Source of the DNA: Podarcis filfolensis | Lineage: Eukaryota | Strand: one strand, 5' to 3' | Assembly (NCBI GenBank): GCA_964270895.1 | Contig: OZ185437.1 | Length of the DNA: 64,000 bases | Notes under the pieces: model-generated | Told to the model about the DNA's origin: nothing | Databases searched by the model: none | What the model saw: the letters and a program-made list of their open reading frames with translations, nothing else | Program-made: the position numbers and the translations under genes | Shown: positions 49,376 through 61,426 of the stretch, one piece after another | Position numbering within the stretch: position 1 is the first letter of the stretch | Layout: every line of letters starts with the position of its first letter

Positions 49376-49724
49376 AAAGGTAAAGGTAAAGGGACCCCTG
49401 ACCATTAGGTCCAGTCGTGACCGACTCTGGGGTTGCGGCGCTCATCTCACTTTATTGGCTGAAGGAGCCGGCGTACAGCTTCCGGGTCATGTGGCCAGCA
49501 TGACTAAGCTGCTTCTGGCGAACCAAAGCAGCGCACGGAAACGCCGTTTACCTTCCCGCCTTAGCAGTACTTATTTATCTACTTGCACTTTGTGCTTTCG
49601 AACTGCTAGGTTGGCAGGAGCAGGGACCGAGCAACGGGAGCTCACCCCGTCGCGGGGATGCGAACTGCTGACCTTCTGATCGGCAAGTCCTAGGCTCTGT
49701 GGTTTAACCCACAGCGCCACCGTC
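49376..49724 (-). mobile_element. Sauria SINE, subfamily A
   Basis: Starts with (AAAGGT)n, the reverse complement of the tail; ends ...TTTAACCCACAGCGCCAC. Confidence 0.92.
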
Positions 49725-50120
49725 AAAACAATACTCTCAGGCTTACAATGTATATAAAAGAATGACACTCAAGGGAAAGAGGACAAGAAGAGAAGAGGAA
49801 AATCAAAACTTGTGCCAGCTGGGCATTATAGAAATTGGTGCCTGATTCAGAAAGTGCCTGATGGGAGGCTGGGCCCCCAGCAAAGCTGGAAAAATGAGCC
49901 TTGCTTCCAACCTCTGATGTTGTGTAAGTCTGATGGAGTGATTGCCCCCAAATGAGCAAGCCTGGTGTGACAGCAGAGCTGACTGACTGAGTCCTGCTTC
50001 TCACTCTTGAGAAGTGTGAGCTCCCCTCGCTCTCTTGTAATTTAGTAAATGTCCTGCCTTGATTTTCTTATGTGGGTTGTCATTCTGAACAATTAAGGCT
50101 ACAATTGCTTGATCTGGACA

Positions 50121-50350
50121 CAGTCGTACCTTGGTTGTTTAACGGAATCCGTTCTGGAAGTCCGTTTGACTTCCAAAACGTTTGCAAACCAAGGCGATTG
50201 GCTGATTGGCCCTGGAAACAATGCCGACAGCCAAATCAGATGTTCTGCTTCCAAAAAAGTTCGCAAACCGGAACACTTGCTTCTGGGTTTGCGGCATTCA
50301 GGAGCCAAAACGTCCAAGTATCAAGGCGCTGGACAACCAAGGTACGAGTG
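50121..50350. mobile_element. Tigger-like MITE
   Basis: CAGTCGTACCTTGGTTGT ... ACAACCAAGGTACGAGTG|TA. Confidence 0.8.
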
Positions 50351-53300
50351 TAATTCATATGCCCATCAAGACCTTAGGTTTTAAGCATGCTTTTTCCATG
50401 CTTTTATTTTAACCCTGAATTTATCCAAAGGCATTGGTTCTGAAACTACTGTGCAACACTGCCTTCGGTATAAATACCCTGGGCAAGTCGCACATGGATT
50501 TCTGCTTCTGCAATTCCCCTAGGAATTCTTATTACTTTGATACATGCATTTTGTCAGCACATGTTTGTACCTCCTTATGCCTGTGACTAGTTGAAGGGGG
50601 AAAAAACCCATTTAATCACTTACATAGTGGCTTGGAGGCTGTCACAAAACACCTAGGTTTAGAGTGACAGGTGATTATTTAAGGGTGAAAATAACTTGCC
50701 GTTATTTGCCTCAACTAAAAATAATTGCCTGTTTCTGAATTCGGAGATCTGTCTTTAAAGCAGTCTTGTTTAAAATGGAAATAATATAGTTTAACTATTG
50801 GAATGTCATTTTAATTTCCCTGAAACTCATTAGCTGATTTATTGTCAAAGCATCAAATGTAGCTGGATCACCCTCCTCTCTTTTCTCATTTGCAAAGTAG
50901 CATTGCAACTACTTATTCCTCTCTTTCGTGATAGGATATGGCACCTCTGATTATGATGTGTCATTTTCAAAGGACACATAAATGATTCAAAGTTTATATC
51001 CATGTGCTGCAAAGCTGTCAGATGCGCACAAAACACAATGTACAAAGGCACTTTCCTCCAAAACAGAGAACAAGACAGAGGAAGAGGACAGCCACAAAGA
51101 TGTTTGATGGATGAAGTGAGCCTCTCCTTTCATTCTGTTCTGATGCTAATGTGGCTGTGAAGGTTGTACGTCCAGGTGACTCTTCCCGCTCATTGCATAA
51201 TGCAGCTAATGATCAGCATTTGTAACATTAATATAATCTTTCTGCTTCATAATGTACTGCAACACGTGTACTGGTTCGCTGAATGATTTATATCCTATGT
51301 AGTAATACATTTCCTAGGGTAATAGAGGAAATTGATTATCTTGCACAGAGGTTTCCTGACATGATGCATTCCGTGTTCATCACAAATATAATTAGCTTAC
51401 ATGGCACCGTATTTCATTAACTCAAGACTCTTTGATTTTGTTGATAATTGATAAGTGCCCTTTCATTAATTAAAATCAGGCATCTCAATCTTTGTAAAAA
51501 TTCAAAAGCTTCCTTGTTATCATGTTTATATATATAATTAAAATGTTGATATATGTCTGTCTCTAATTGGGATCATTCTGTATTCTGTTGATCTTCAATT
51601 AATAACATGAATATCATGTAATACTTGTCCAGATATATAGGGAGTTCTAATGGATAGATAGATGGACAGACAGACAGATAGATAGACAGATCTATAACAT
51701 AACAGAATATGATGTATCATAACTACAGAAGTTTTATACATGCATGGTCCAAGATTCTGCGTACACAATAACTTTGTCTTTAGCACTGTAGATATGCACA
51801 TAAATAAGACCCTATCTAATAGCAGACTTAGGTGGCAACTGTTTCCAGAATTACAGCCAAAATGGGGCAACTGAGAAACAAAATGCTTGCTTGAAGGAGC
51901 CCAGAGATTTATAGAAATACAAAAAAAAACCCCTAAGGAATCACACCTCAAAAAGATCAGCCTAATGAAGACTGAGCATGCTCAGCAGCCACAAACTGTA
52001 GAATGACAGCTGGGAAATAAATAAAAAAAGTGAATGAGGGAGGGAGGGAGCAAGAGAAGAGGGATGTCCTGCTTAAAGGGAATGGCTGGCTGGAACCCTG
52101 AATTTTCTTTTGGGAGGGAGGATATAGAACAAAATGTGGCTGTAGGTCCCACTTGTATATAACACTATCAGTTTGGACACTAAATGCGACCTCCACCAAT
52201 TATGTTAGTGGTTTCTGTATGCTCTGGTATGTTCAGAGAATTAAATCAGTTTGTAAGTTAAAAGAAGTGGTGTCCTGGTTTTTACTTTTTGAAATATGGC
52301 AACTCTAAGTGTACCTCCACTTTTGTCAGCACTTTTATCGTTTCCCATTAGGAAATGAAAAGGTATAACTATTAATATAACATTTCCCTCCTCTTCTTTC
52401 CTTGTCCTGTTCTTCCTTTGGCCCGCAGAAGGAAGACTCAATAACAGGAACTGGTAAAAGGGCATACTCAGTGAAATACAACAAAGAACTTGTGCCAATC
52501 CAAAAACGCAACCATGGGCAGGTTGGCTGGAGGCAGATCTTACTTGCCAGAGTTGCCCAGGCAGGTGGCTGTGTCCAAACTGTTGCACTATTCTAGCCTA
52601 GGGAAGTCCACACACACAAAAATATAAACAGCGGTATCATCTGATGAACGAAGAACTGAAAGCCAGTACGCATTCAGATCCACCTCCCTATGCCCATATG
52701 AATGAAGATAGTAAATCTATATAACATTGTTTTGAATGGGGTGTGTGCCCGTTCCCATCCGCGTTCTCACACAGCTAGCCAAATCCATGTTTTCATCTTG
52801 CTTACATGACTGGATTGAGACTCCGTGACGTGGAATAGCTGATGGGACTGCAAGCAGCACTTTTTGCTTTTGCAGTTAAGCTTGTGTCGAGAACCTGGCA
52901 AACCATAGGGCACTCAAGTTTAAGAAGACTTGACAAAATAAATGAAAAATTTTCATTTCTGGGTGCATAAATGTGGTAGGCTGAAGTATGGATGGATTTG
53001 AAATGACAGGGTGGTGGCCTCTGTGACCTTGAGTGGGGGGAATCCTGGGCAGGACAGACAAGAAATCCCTAAAGCCTGCAATTCATTGTGTAGAGCCTGT
53101 TAAGAAAACAAACAGGATGTTAAGTCTGTGGCTCAATAAAGATATAAATCAAGAGAGTGGTTCTGCTGCTTTATGAGCCTGATAGCATCCCACTCATCCT
53201 AGATCTATTGCAAGGGATAGGAGCTGATTTTCTTTAGTGATCCTTTCAATATCGTGTGCTATTTCTCTCTTCTTCTTCTTTTGTCACAAAGAAGCAAACA

Positions 53301-55064
53301 AATAGATTGATGGACATTTGAAAAGCTTGAAGCAGGAGGACGGGTGGCAAAAGCTTGACTGGCTGAGAAACTGAGACGCTTGCATGTCTTTCTTGATGAA
53401 AACTGCTGAATAATGGGGATCAGTCAATATGCGTTGAGGGGTGTGTGTATCACTTTCATATGGAGGGGAATCAATGTTTGCTGAACAAGTCTATCCAGAA
53501 TCAGACCATGGCTCTATCTAGCCCTGGCTCTGGGTGGTACTGACTCTCCAGAACCTTGGGCTGGGGCCTTTTCCAGTCCTAGTAACCTTTGGCTTAGATG
53601 CGCTGGGAATTTACATTACAGTCCTTGGCACAGTCTCTATAACTAAAAGAACACATCTCCCAGATGCACTATATCGGATATATTGCTACATTACTAGCCT
53701 CGGACTATGGATCAATACAGTCCAGTATCGGGTACTCTGAATGGGCAGTGGCTGTCCATCACCTTCCCAGGAGGAGGTCTTCCTAGTCCTTGAGCTCCAG
53801 AAATTACACGGGAGTAAACCTTAGGTTTTCTATATACAAAACTTGTGCTCTACTGCTGTTCAGCAGTCTCCCAGTGGCATACTTCTACTATCAGTTCAGC
53901 TGTAAGCAAATAAGTCACACTGATTTCAACAGAATGTCTCCATGAATTACTAGGATGTAGGATTCCAGGCAAAAACAACATTTTCTTCCCATGCAAAAGA
54001 TATTTAGTGTACCGAAACACCATTGGGCATAGTGAATGAGTTTCACAAAACTATCTGGAGTAGAAGATGGTCAGCTGGAGCAAATTTTAAATCTAGATCT
54101 GCCCACTTTCTCACAAGCCCTGCTTATGTACTTTTAACAGTATCTGGTCTAAAGAAGTAGCACAGATAGCAAAGCTTAATACAGGCACGTATTTGAAGAT
54201 ATTGCCTTTTCCGTCAAGTACCACTTCCTTCCGTACCCTGTGGATGTTTAATTCATCGTCTTTTGTTTCCGTGCTTTCATTTTGATCCACGCTGCCATAA
54301 CGGCACAAATAGATGCCTCCCAAATATCCCAGTGCACAGCATGTATGCATGATTGAAAATTCCAGACCCTCTCTTTTGTGTTTGTTTCAGTGCTGAGGGG
54401 ATTAAGCAGCCGAAGAATACATTACATGGGCAGGAGAGCATCCAAATCGGGAACAACAAATGGAGAGCCGAGGCAAGAAAAAGCAGCAGTTTGTAATCTT
54501 TCAGGCTTCACTGAAGTCTAATCCTGGTTCTGGGCTCACTTGACTGACCTCACAGTATGCTCTTCATCTGAACAGTGGTGTACATTCGTTCTCGCATCGC
54601 CGCATCTCGACTCCTTGATCCACCTTGTTGTTAAACTGACTCTGGTTCTGGCTTAAGTAAAATGCTGAAACTTCTCTGGCTATCCCTGCACCTAGCGCCT
54701 GAAGGCATCAGAGTTTGTTCTCACAACCGTAACTACTCCCATCTCTAGGGAGGCAGCAGCAGACGGCATGCAGGCACCTGAGCTATAGTTGGTTGTGTTG
54801 CCACTGCTGATTGGGAGGTAGAGGTTGAGGGGTTAAGGTCAGCATAGTTCACGTGCGCCGGCAGAGCCAATCAGCTCTTCCCTTCTAACTCCCCAGTGCT
54901 GCCCCACCACACCACCTGCTCTGGACACCCCAAATATTTGCAATACTCTGCTCCAAAATAAAATGATGACTGTTTCAGACAGGCAGCAGTATTGAGAATG
55001 TTGTTGTTTAAATTTGTATACCGCCCTATACCTGCAGGTCTCAGGAAACTTACAACATAAAACC

Positions 55065-55115
55065 ACAACAACAACAACAACAACATAACAACAACAACAA
55101 CAACAACAACAACAA
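55065..55115. repeat. (CAA)n microsatellite (tail of a minus-strand L2 remnant)
   Basis: About 17 units with one interruption. Confidence 0.9.
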
Positions 55116-55800
55116 ATGACCCAGATTGTCAGATCTGTGAAAGCAAATGGCGTGCAAGCTGGATGTGCAGCTAAGCCAACTGAATGCCAATGACTGGGGC
55201 CGCCAATCCTTTTATAACAGTGGGCACATTTGAAATTTTGAAAAGGGATTGTAGGTGACTGTCACAAACGGCTGCTGTGAAGGCATGGCATAACACAAAA
55301 TGGCTGCCATGGGGGGTATGGCATTTGGCTGCCATATCTGAAAGAGCACGAACAGCGGCAGCACAAAATGTTGTGGGCATGCCTCCGATCAGTTCCCCAC
55401 ACCATCACCAATGGGAGGCAGCTACATCAGCCACCACAACACTCACTCACTCACTCCCACAGAGGTCTTTGCATCTCTCCTCTGCTCAGAACAGATGGGA
55501 GAGTAGGCATCCAATCCTCCAGTGAAATGTGGGCATGTTTGAATGGGGATGGTGGTGTTCAGTGTAGAAGAGGCCGAGCTTATGTAAACAGCATACCCTC
55601 CAACATTTATCTGATGAAAAAAGGGTGTCCCATTCCATAATGATAATTTCACTATTTATACCCCCCACACCTTATTGGGTTGCCCCAGCACTCTGGGAAG
55701 CTTCCAACATATATAAAAACATAATTAATACATTAAACATTTTTTTAAAAACCATTCTTATACAGGATTGCCTTCAGACGGCTCAGAAGTCAAATAACTC

Positions 55801-55938
55801 CCTACCCTCCAACATTTCTCCAATGAAAATAGGGACATCCTGAGGAAAAGCAGGATATTCTGGGATCAAATCAGAAACTGTGACGGCTTCCCTAAATCAG
55901 GGGTGCCCCTGGAAAATAGGGACACTTGGAGGGGTCTG
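55801..55938. mobile_element. Short inverted-repeat element (hAT-like)
   Basis: CCCTCCAA ... TTGGAGGG ends with an internal duplicated AAAATAGGGACA. Confidence 0.5.
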
Positions 55939-56839
55939 AAACTGAGCAGCAAGAGTAAACAGGGTATTGAGGGTTTTTGAGGAGATATTTACTGACAACC
56001 TCCACATGTTGCAAAAGAGGTCCTGGTAAGCATATTGGCCGTTCTTGGGCACCATGTTGGTGATCTCTGCCCTTTTTGAGTAAGGAACATGATGTCCTAT
56101 TAAGTCAATTACAGAGATCACATGATGGTCAACAGTGGTGCAGTTTTGTGTTGCCAATGCTGCATATTTGCTTTTGTGGGACAAATGTCCTGAACTTGTG
56201 ATGCCAGCATGTAGGAACGACCCACGGTAACAGAGGGATGGGTCTCACACATTGCCTCATCTTGCATGCAAGCTAACACACTAACTGCGTGCTTGCAGAT
56301 CTCAGAACAAGAAGCACAACTCCGAGAATCACATAGCAGTCCTGTGGAGTCTCCTGTCTCTAGTATGTTAAAATATTTAATAACACTGTTTGAATGAATC
56401 AGGGATATGAGATCAAATACAGAACATGAGGGTTCTTTTTTTCCCCTTCCTTTCAAAGGGAAGGTTTGAAGGGAGAAGAGAATATACTGAAACTGGAGAT
56501 TACTGTAAAGGACCTGGGTGCCTGTCTGAAACGAGGCAGAGATAGAGAGGCGCTTGAGCAACGTATTAATTAAAGTAGACATCACAAGCAAAACTCAGAT
56601 GATTCCTGAATCTTTTGAATTTTCTCCCTTTTAAGGGAATAATTACTGTCGTTGCATAAAGACTCCAGTCTGTAGGCTATAGAAGTACTGTAAATTAATA
56701 ATAGCGCTTTAATTAGATATACCCAACACAGAATGTCCAGTACTAAATTAAAAAATTATTGCCAATCCAGGAAGAGGATATTTGGTTGTCTGATGGAACG
56801 AAGGGAAAGATGGCCAAGAAATTTAATTCAGTTCCTATT

Positions 56840-57248
56840 TAAAGGTGAAGCTACTTAATTCACACTTTCTGAAACAATATGTGAATCGATACAGCTATCC
56901 TTCAAAGTTCACACTTCTCCAAATTTTGCAGTACACATCTCCGGCCCAGTAATGTGTTCATAAATGCATGTACTCGGGTAAAGTGTGCATAAAAACACAT
57001 GTATTTGTGAATGCAACACTTGAAATGCATTATATTTGGGGATACTGCTTTGCAAAAATGTGTATAAAAGGCAAAATTGCATACAAACTCATGTATATTA
57101 GGAGAAATTCAGTCTAAAATGCCAAAGAATTTTAATGAGGACTTGTTTTTAAAAATTGGAAATGAATGTGGCAATGTGGAGAACTGAAGGTAAGAAAAAT
57201 GACAAACTGAGGGCAAACAAAATTTGACAGATTTGCCAATCCCTAGAC
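56840..57248. repeat. AT-rich interspersed repeat (related copies ~4080-4455, ~3340-3500, ~58080-58310)
   Basis: Shared end 'aaactgag.g.aaac.aaa..tgacagatttgcc.a..c(c)ta' and aaaatgcata-rich internal blocks. Confidence 0.55.
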
Positions 57249-57596
57249 ATGGGGCAGGAATTCTCCCTTTAGAATTCCTTCCATAGGGAAGTTGAACAGG
57301 CTAATACAATCAGTGCCTTCTGCAAACAATTGAACATGTTTCTTTCCCAGCAAGAGTGGGGAGTTGTTGTTGTTGTTAACCAGGCGGGTAATTTTATGTT
57401 ACTTCTACTATGCAATATGCAGTTTTATATTTTTATTTTATTCATTTATATAAAAGATATTTATATATTGCTGTGTCATAAAAACATGCCACAGCCTTTT
57501 ACAACAACATAAAAAAACATAAAACCAAACAGTAGCATCGTAAAAAGTTTTTAAAAGGTCAAAAGCAAAAATGAATTAAAAACAAACATTAGTAGA

Positions 57597-57739
57597 CAGT
57601 TCCCTACCACAAATTATGCAGTTGATTTTCCTGCACTTGAGGAAATCGTGCGGGTCAGCACACTCAGAGTGCAATGGGTGAGTCTCACCCTGGTGAAACC
57701 ACCTTCATGATCATAGTGTCTCCTCTGCCAGGTAAGCAT
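57597..57739 (-). pseudogene. RNU1-like: U1 snRNA pseudogene, 3'-truncated
   Basis: Minus strand ATGCTTACCTGGCAG..GATCATGAAGGTGGTTTC...CATTGCACT...GCTGACCC...ATAATTTGTGGTAG follows U1 through the Sm site. Many substitutions; stem-loop IV is missing. Confidence 0.92.
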
Positions 57740-58859
57740 TGTGTATTTTATTATGTTATTGGATTTGTTAAATTTATTTTTATTTTTATTTTAATCATTG
57801 ATGCAGTTTTGCAGCCACCCTTAGGGCAAAATGCCATGGGGATGGGATGTGAAAAAGAAAATAAGTAACTATATACGTTGTTGCATAGATAATATTGTTT
57901 GAAATGTATGAGCAGCAGAAAGGACACCTGTAGGATATTTTAATAGGTCTGAACAGCCGGTTCTAGGGAGTGGGCCAAAGAGGTGATGATTGGGTCCAGA
58001 ATGGGTAAGAGAAGAGTATAACTCTGCAGATAGGTGGGGATAGGAGAGGAATTAGTTTGGTCCACTTTTACAACAGACTGATGGGGGGGGGGAATTCATT
58101 CTGTCTGCTTTTCACAGTGAATGGATGTTCTTGAATTTGCTTGCAGATCAGAAAACAAGTGCCAAATTACGCAGTTTTCTAGATTTCAGTGTGCAAAATG
58201 CATGCACAAAGCCAAACATTTTATGTATAAAATGTGCATTTAAAGTGTGTATCTTATGTAAGTAGTATATAAAAATGTGTGCAAAATTTAACACAAATTC
58301 TAATGGCAATTAACTTTTCAGTATCTATATTACCTCAGAATATGTCAGAATATTCTCCAGATTCTAACAAAATGATGTTACCAAAAATGTTCTTGTTTCT
58401 AACTCTACCTATCTGAATTGCAGCAAAGACTCTAGAGAAATGGCAAACAGTGATTAGAACCTTTATTCTTCAGTGCAAGAGACCTAGACAGTGATGAACT
58501 GTATTGTCTCAACATCCCCAGAGAGTGGGTTATAGGTCTACCACATTTGTAAAGGCACCATGATGTGGGCCATATGCAAAATGTTATTAGTATGATAAAC
58601 TATGTAAAAGAAAAGACTTGGATACAGTTGGAATAACAAACCTATTTGCAAAAGCAGAATTAAGAATATGGCGACCAGGGCTATCACCTATATCACCATT
58701 GATACCCTTTGCATTGCACCCCTCCTTCTAAGCACCTGATAGAAAATTGGCTGATACAAAATGGAGAGAGAGAAAAGGCTTCTACAGATTGATACACTCT
58801 TATAAATATTATATTTCTCTTACAGGAGGGCAAATTATGAAAGAAAGGAGGGAATCTAT

Positions 58860-58992
58860 CTATTAACACAAGGAACTTATCCCTTTTATTCTGGTAATGG
58901 CACGATTACTGATAGCAAAAGACTGGAAAGGCCACATCGCACAATGGAAAGAAAAAGTATGGAGAATTGTTTTATCTGGTAAACTAACTAAG
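58860..58992 (+). mobile_element. Degraded L1/Tx1 ORF2 C-terminal fragment
   Basis: MARLLIAKDWK...QWKEKVW...GKLT resembles ARILLAQKWK...EEW..K....DKLT at 31.6 kb. Confidence 0.5.
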
Positions 58993-59013
58993 GGAGCACA
59001 TTCCCTGAATGAC

Positions 59014-59158
59014 CATAGAATCATATCAAGGAATTGTAGTGTTGGAAGGGACCTCGCAGGTCATCTAGTCCAACCCCCTGAAATGCAGGAAACTCTTGCC
59101 CAACGTGGGGCTCGAACCCACGACTCTGAGGTTAAGAGTCTTGTGCTTGTATCTGACA
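59014..59158 (-). mobile_element. tRNA-Lys(CTT)-headed SINE with CR1-like tail
   Basis: Minus strand GACTCTTAACCTCAGAGTCGTGGGTTCGAGCCCCACGTTGGGC is near-identical to the tRNA-Lys(CTT) 3' half, followed by a GGTTGGACTAGATGACC...CCCTTCCAAC...GATTCTATG tail. Confidence 0.8.
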
Positions 59159-59259
59159 TGGATATTTTATTGAAATACAGCACCATTATATAAAATACTC
59201 CAATGAACACCCTGATGACTGGCACCCACCTCTGTTCTGGAGGAGTGGGTGGGAGTGGG

Positions 59260-59624
59260 GATGCTTTTGAATTATGGTGTTGGAGGAGACTCTTGAGAGT
59301 CCCATGGACTGCAAGAAGATCAAACCGATCCATTCTTAAGGAAATCAGCCCTGAGTGCTCACTGGAAGGACAGATCCTGAAGCTGAGGCTCCAATACTTC
59401 GGCCACCTCATGAGAAGACTCCCTGGAAAAGACCCTGATGTTGGGAAAGATGGAGGGCACAAGGAGAAGGGGACAACAGAGGACGAGATGGTTGGACAGT
59501 GTTCTCAAAGCTACCAGCATGAGTTTGACCAAACTGCGGGAGGAAGTGGAAGACAGGAGTGCCTGGCGTGCTCTGGTCCATGGGGTCACGAAGAGTCGGA
59601 CACGACTAAACGACTAAACAACAA
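59260..59624 (+). mobile_element. RTE/Bov-B LINE 3' fragment
   Basis: DAFELWCWRRLLRVPWTARRSNRSILKEISPECSLEGQILKLRLQYFGHLMRR, a frameshift, then LEKTLMLGK...; ends CACGACTAAACGACTAAACAACAA. Confidence 0.93.
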
Positions 59625-59898
59625 ATGTTCATGCCTATATTCTTTTTCTTTAAAATTAAAATATATATATTGTATTAAAACAGATCCTAACATCTGACTT
59701 TGTGTGTTTTAATAATCTATGCAGCCCACCTAAAAGACTTGTAAACTTATCTCTACCTTAGCAGCAAAAAAAGTATAATGAACTCCCCTCTGATCTCAAC
59801 AGTTGGCAGCATTCATCTTGTTGTGGTGTCCTTTTCTGGAACATGCCGCATATCATTATGCTTATGATATATAAAAACATGAAGCATTTTCAATTGCG

Positions 59899-60665
59899 TG
59901 TTCAGACCCAGAGACCTCCCTCCTAAATAAAGACACATTTGACTCAAATTTTAGTTTTGGTTTTTGGAAGAATTTAGGCCACAACTTTATTGATTACAGA
60001 AAAGTGAGTGGTTGCATAGGCTCTGGTTCGACTAGCTCCCTGCACCCTCGGAGGTAGCGCTGACCCAGACTCTATCATAGGTCAGCCAAGGGTGAACACC
60101 TGAGGAAGGTGAAAAGCCTGGGAGCTTTTCACTCCCCAGATGCTCCGCTGGACTCAGGTATGGGCACAACGCCTTTTGGGGGGTTGGCCAAACCAAGTTG
60201 AGTCCCTGGATTCCTTTAATGGAATACCCTTCACATAGGGATGGCGAGACCGTTCTCCCATCCCTATTAAATGAACCAGTGCCTATCTGCAACCTTATAA
60301 GTTGTGATGAATTGCTACGCAGCAGGCGAAACCCAAATGGCAACAGCCAATCAACCAAGTAGGAAAATTCCTGCTGTGCCCCTGTCCCAACGACAGACGA
60401 CACACGACGGCATAGCAAGGTCAATTGCAAAAGGCCCTAAAATTAGGGAGAGGTGGGCGGGTGTTCCGAATGCATGAGCCGAAAGAGGAAGCTCTGGGTC
60501 ACGTGCATGGGTTTATATAGATCCCTCGATCCATATAGGTCCCTCGACTGCAACCCCATTGGCCTGATTGAAACCCAGCATCAAGGGACCTACCAGTCGG
60601 GTGTTGTGGCTATCCAATGGACCCACTCACAACCAAGAGGTCAGTCTCCAGATCTCACCATAACA
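59899..60665 (-). mobile_element. Solo LTR (767 bp, ERV/Gypsy-like)
   Basis: TG...CA termini; on the minus strand CCAAT (60558-60562), TATATAAA (60512-60519) and AATAAA (59986-59991). Flanks TGCG/CATG are both derivable from a CGCG TSD by CpG decay. Confidence 0.75.
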
Positions 60666-61426
60666 CATGCCCTCTTTTAGGGAGGACACGATCTGTGGTA
60701 TAAGAACATAGGAAGCTCCCTGTGTCAGGTGCTTAACCCAGCTAGTTCAGTATTGTCTACAATGGTCTAGGACCAGGGAAACTGAGTTTCATCATATTTT
60801 CCTTCTCATCCATGAAACACATTGGGTGACCTTGGGACAGACATTATCTCTCAGCTTTAGTTACCTTGCAGAGATGCTGTGAAGAGAACATGTTGCGAAA
60901 GATGAAATATTCAGTGTCCCAAGTCCCTTGGAGGAGGAATGCTGGGATTTATAATAACAAACCTCAATAATTTCTCTTTGTAAAGTGACACGTTTGACTT
61001 GAAAAGCCGGTGCTTCCTTCTCATCTCAGTTATAATGAAGGAAAATGTTTGCGATTCTTTCAAAACCATTGGCGTTTCACATATGCAAATCAGGTAGGTA
61101 TATAAACGTTGAGTAACCTCTCTGCCTCTTCCAGCTGAGCAGTAAAGTGAACTATGCTTAGCTAAGAATGCTGGACTGGAAAAACCTCCTAACCCATCAA
61201 TTAAGGAGCAACTGCTCTCCAGAGCTACAATAAAAGGCATTGAAAATGTATGAAGATATTAAATGAACCTCTGAAGCATACACTGCAGTCTATCACATAG
61301 TGTATATATATTTATGCAGAGCAGGAATATTTGGATAAGAATAATACAGTGTGAAAATCCCTGTTCAACTTTAAAAGAAAAAGAAAAAGAAAAAATACTT
61401 TAACCACTAGAGTGAAAAAGTTTAGA

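Noticed and set aside
52640-52680. CTGATGA...GAAA motif
   Set aside because: Stems I, II and III do not pair.
57597-57739. Functional U1 snRNA gene
   Set aside because: Many substitutions, no stem-loop IV, and no PSE/DSE or 3' box seen; called a pseudogene.
59098-59158. tRNA-Lys(CTT)-like sequence
   Set aside because: The 5' arm is degraded and it is fused to a CR1-like tail, so it is a SINE head rather than a tRNA gene.
60100-60135. Hammerhead-like CTGAGGA...GAAA in the LTR
   Set aside because: Only 4 nt between the core boxes (no stem II) and stem I cannot form next to the core; explained by ordinary hairpins.
60301-60345. Hammerhead-like GTGATGA-stem-GAAACCC in the LTR
   Set aside because: C3 is replaced by G, there is no U16.1 at the cleavage triplet, and stem II closure is poor.
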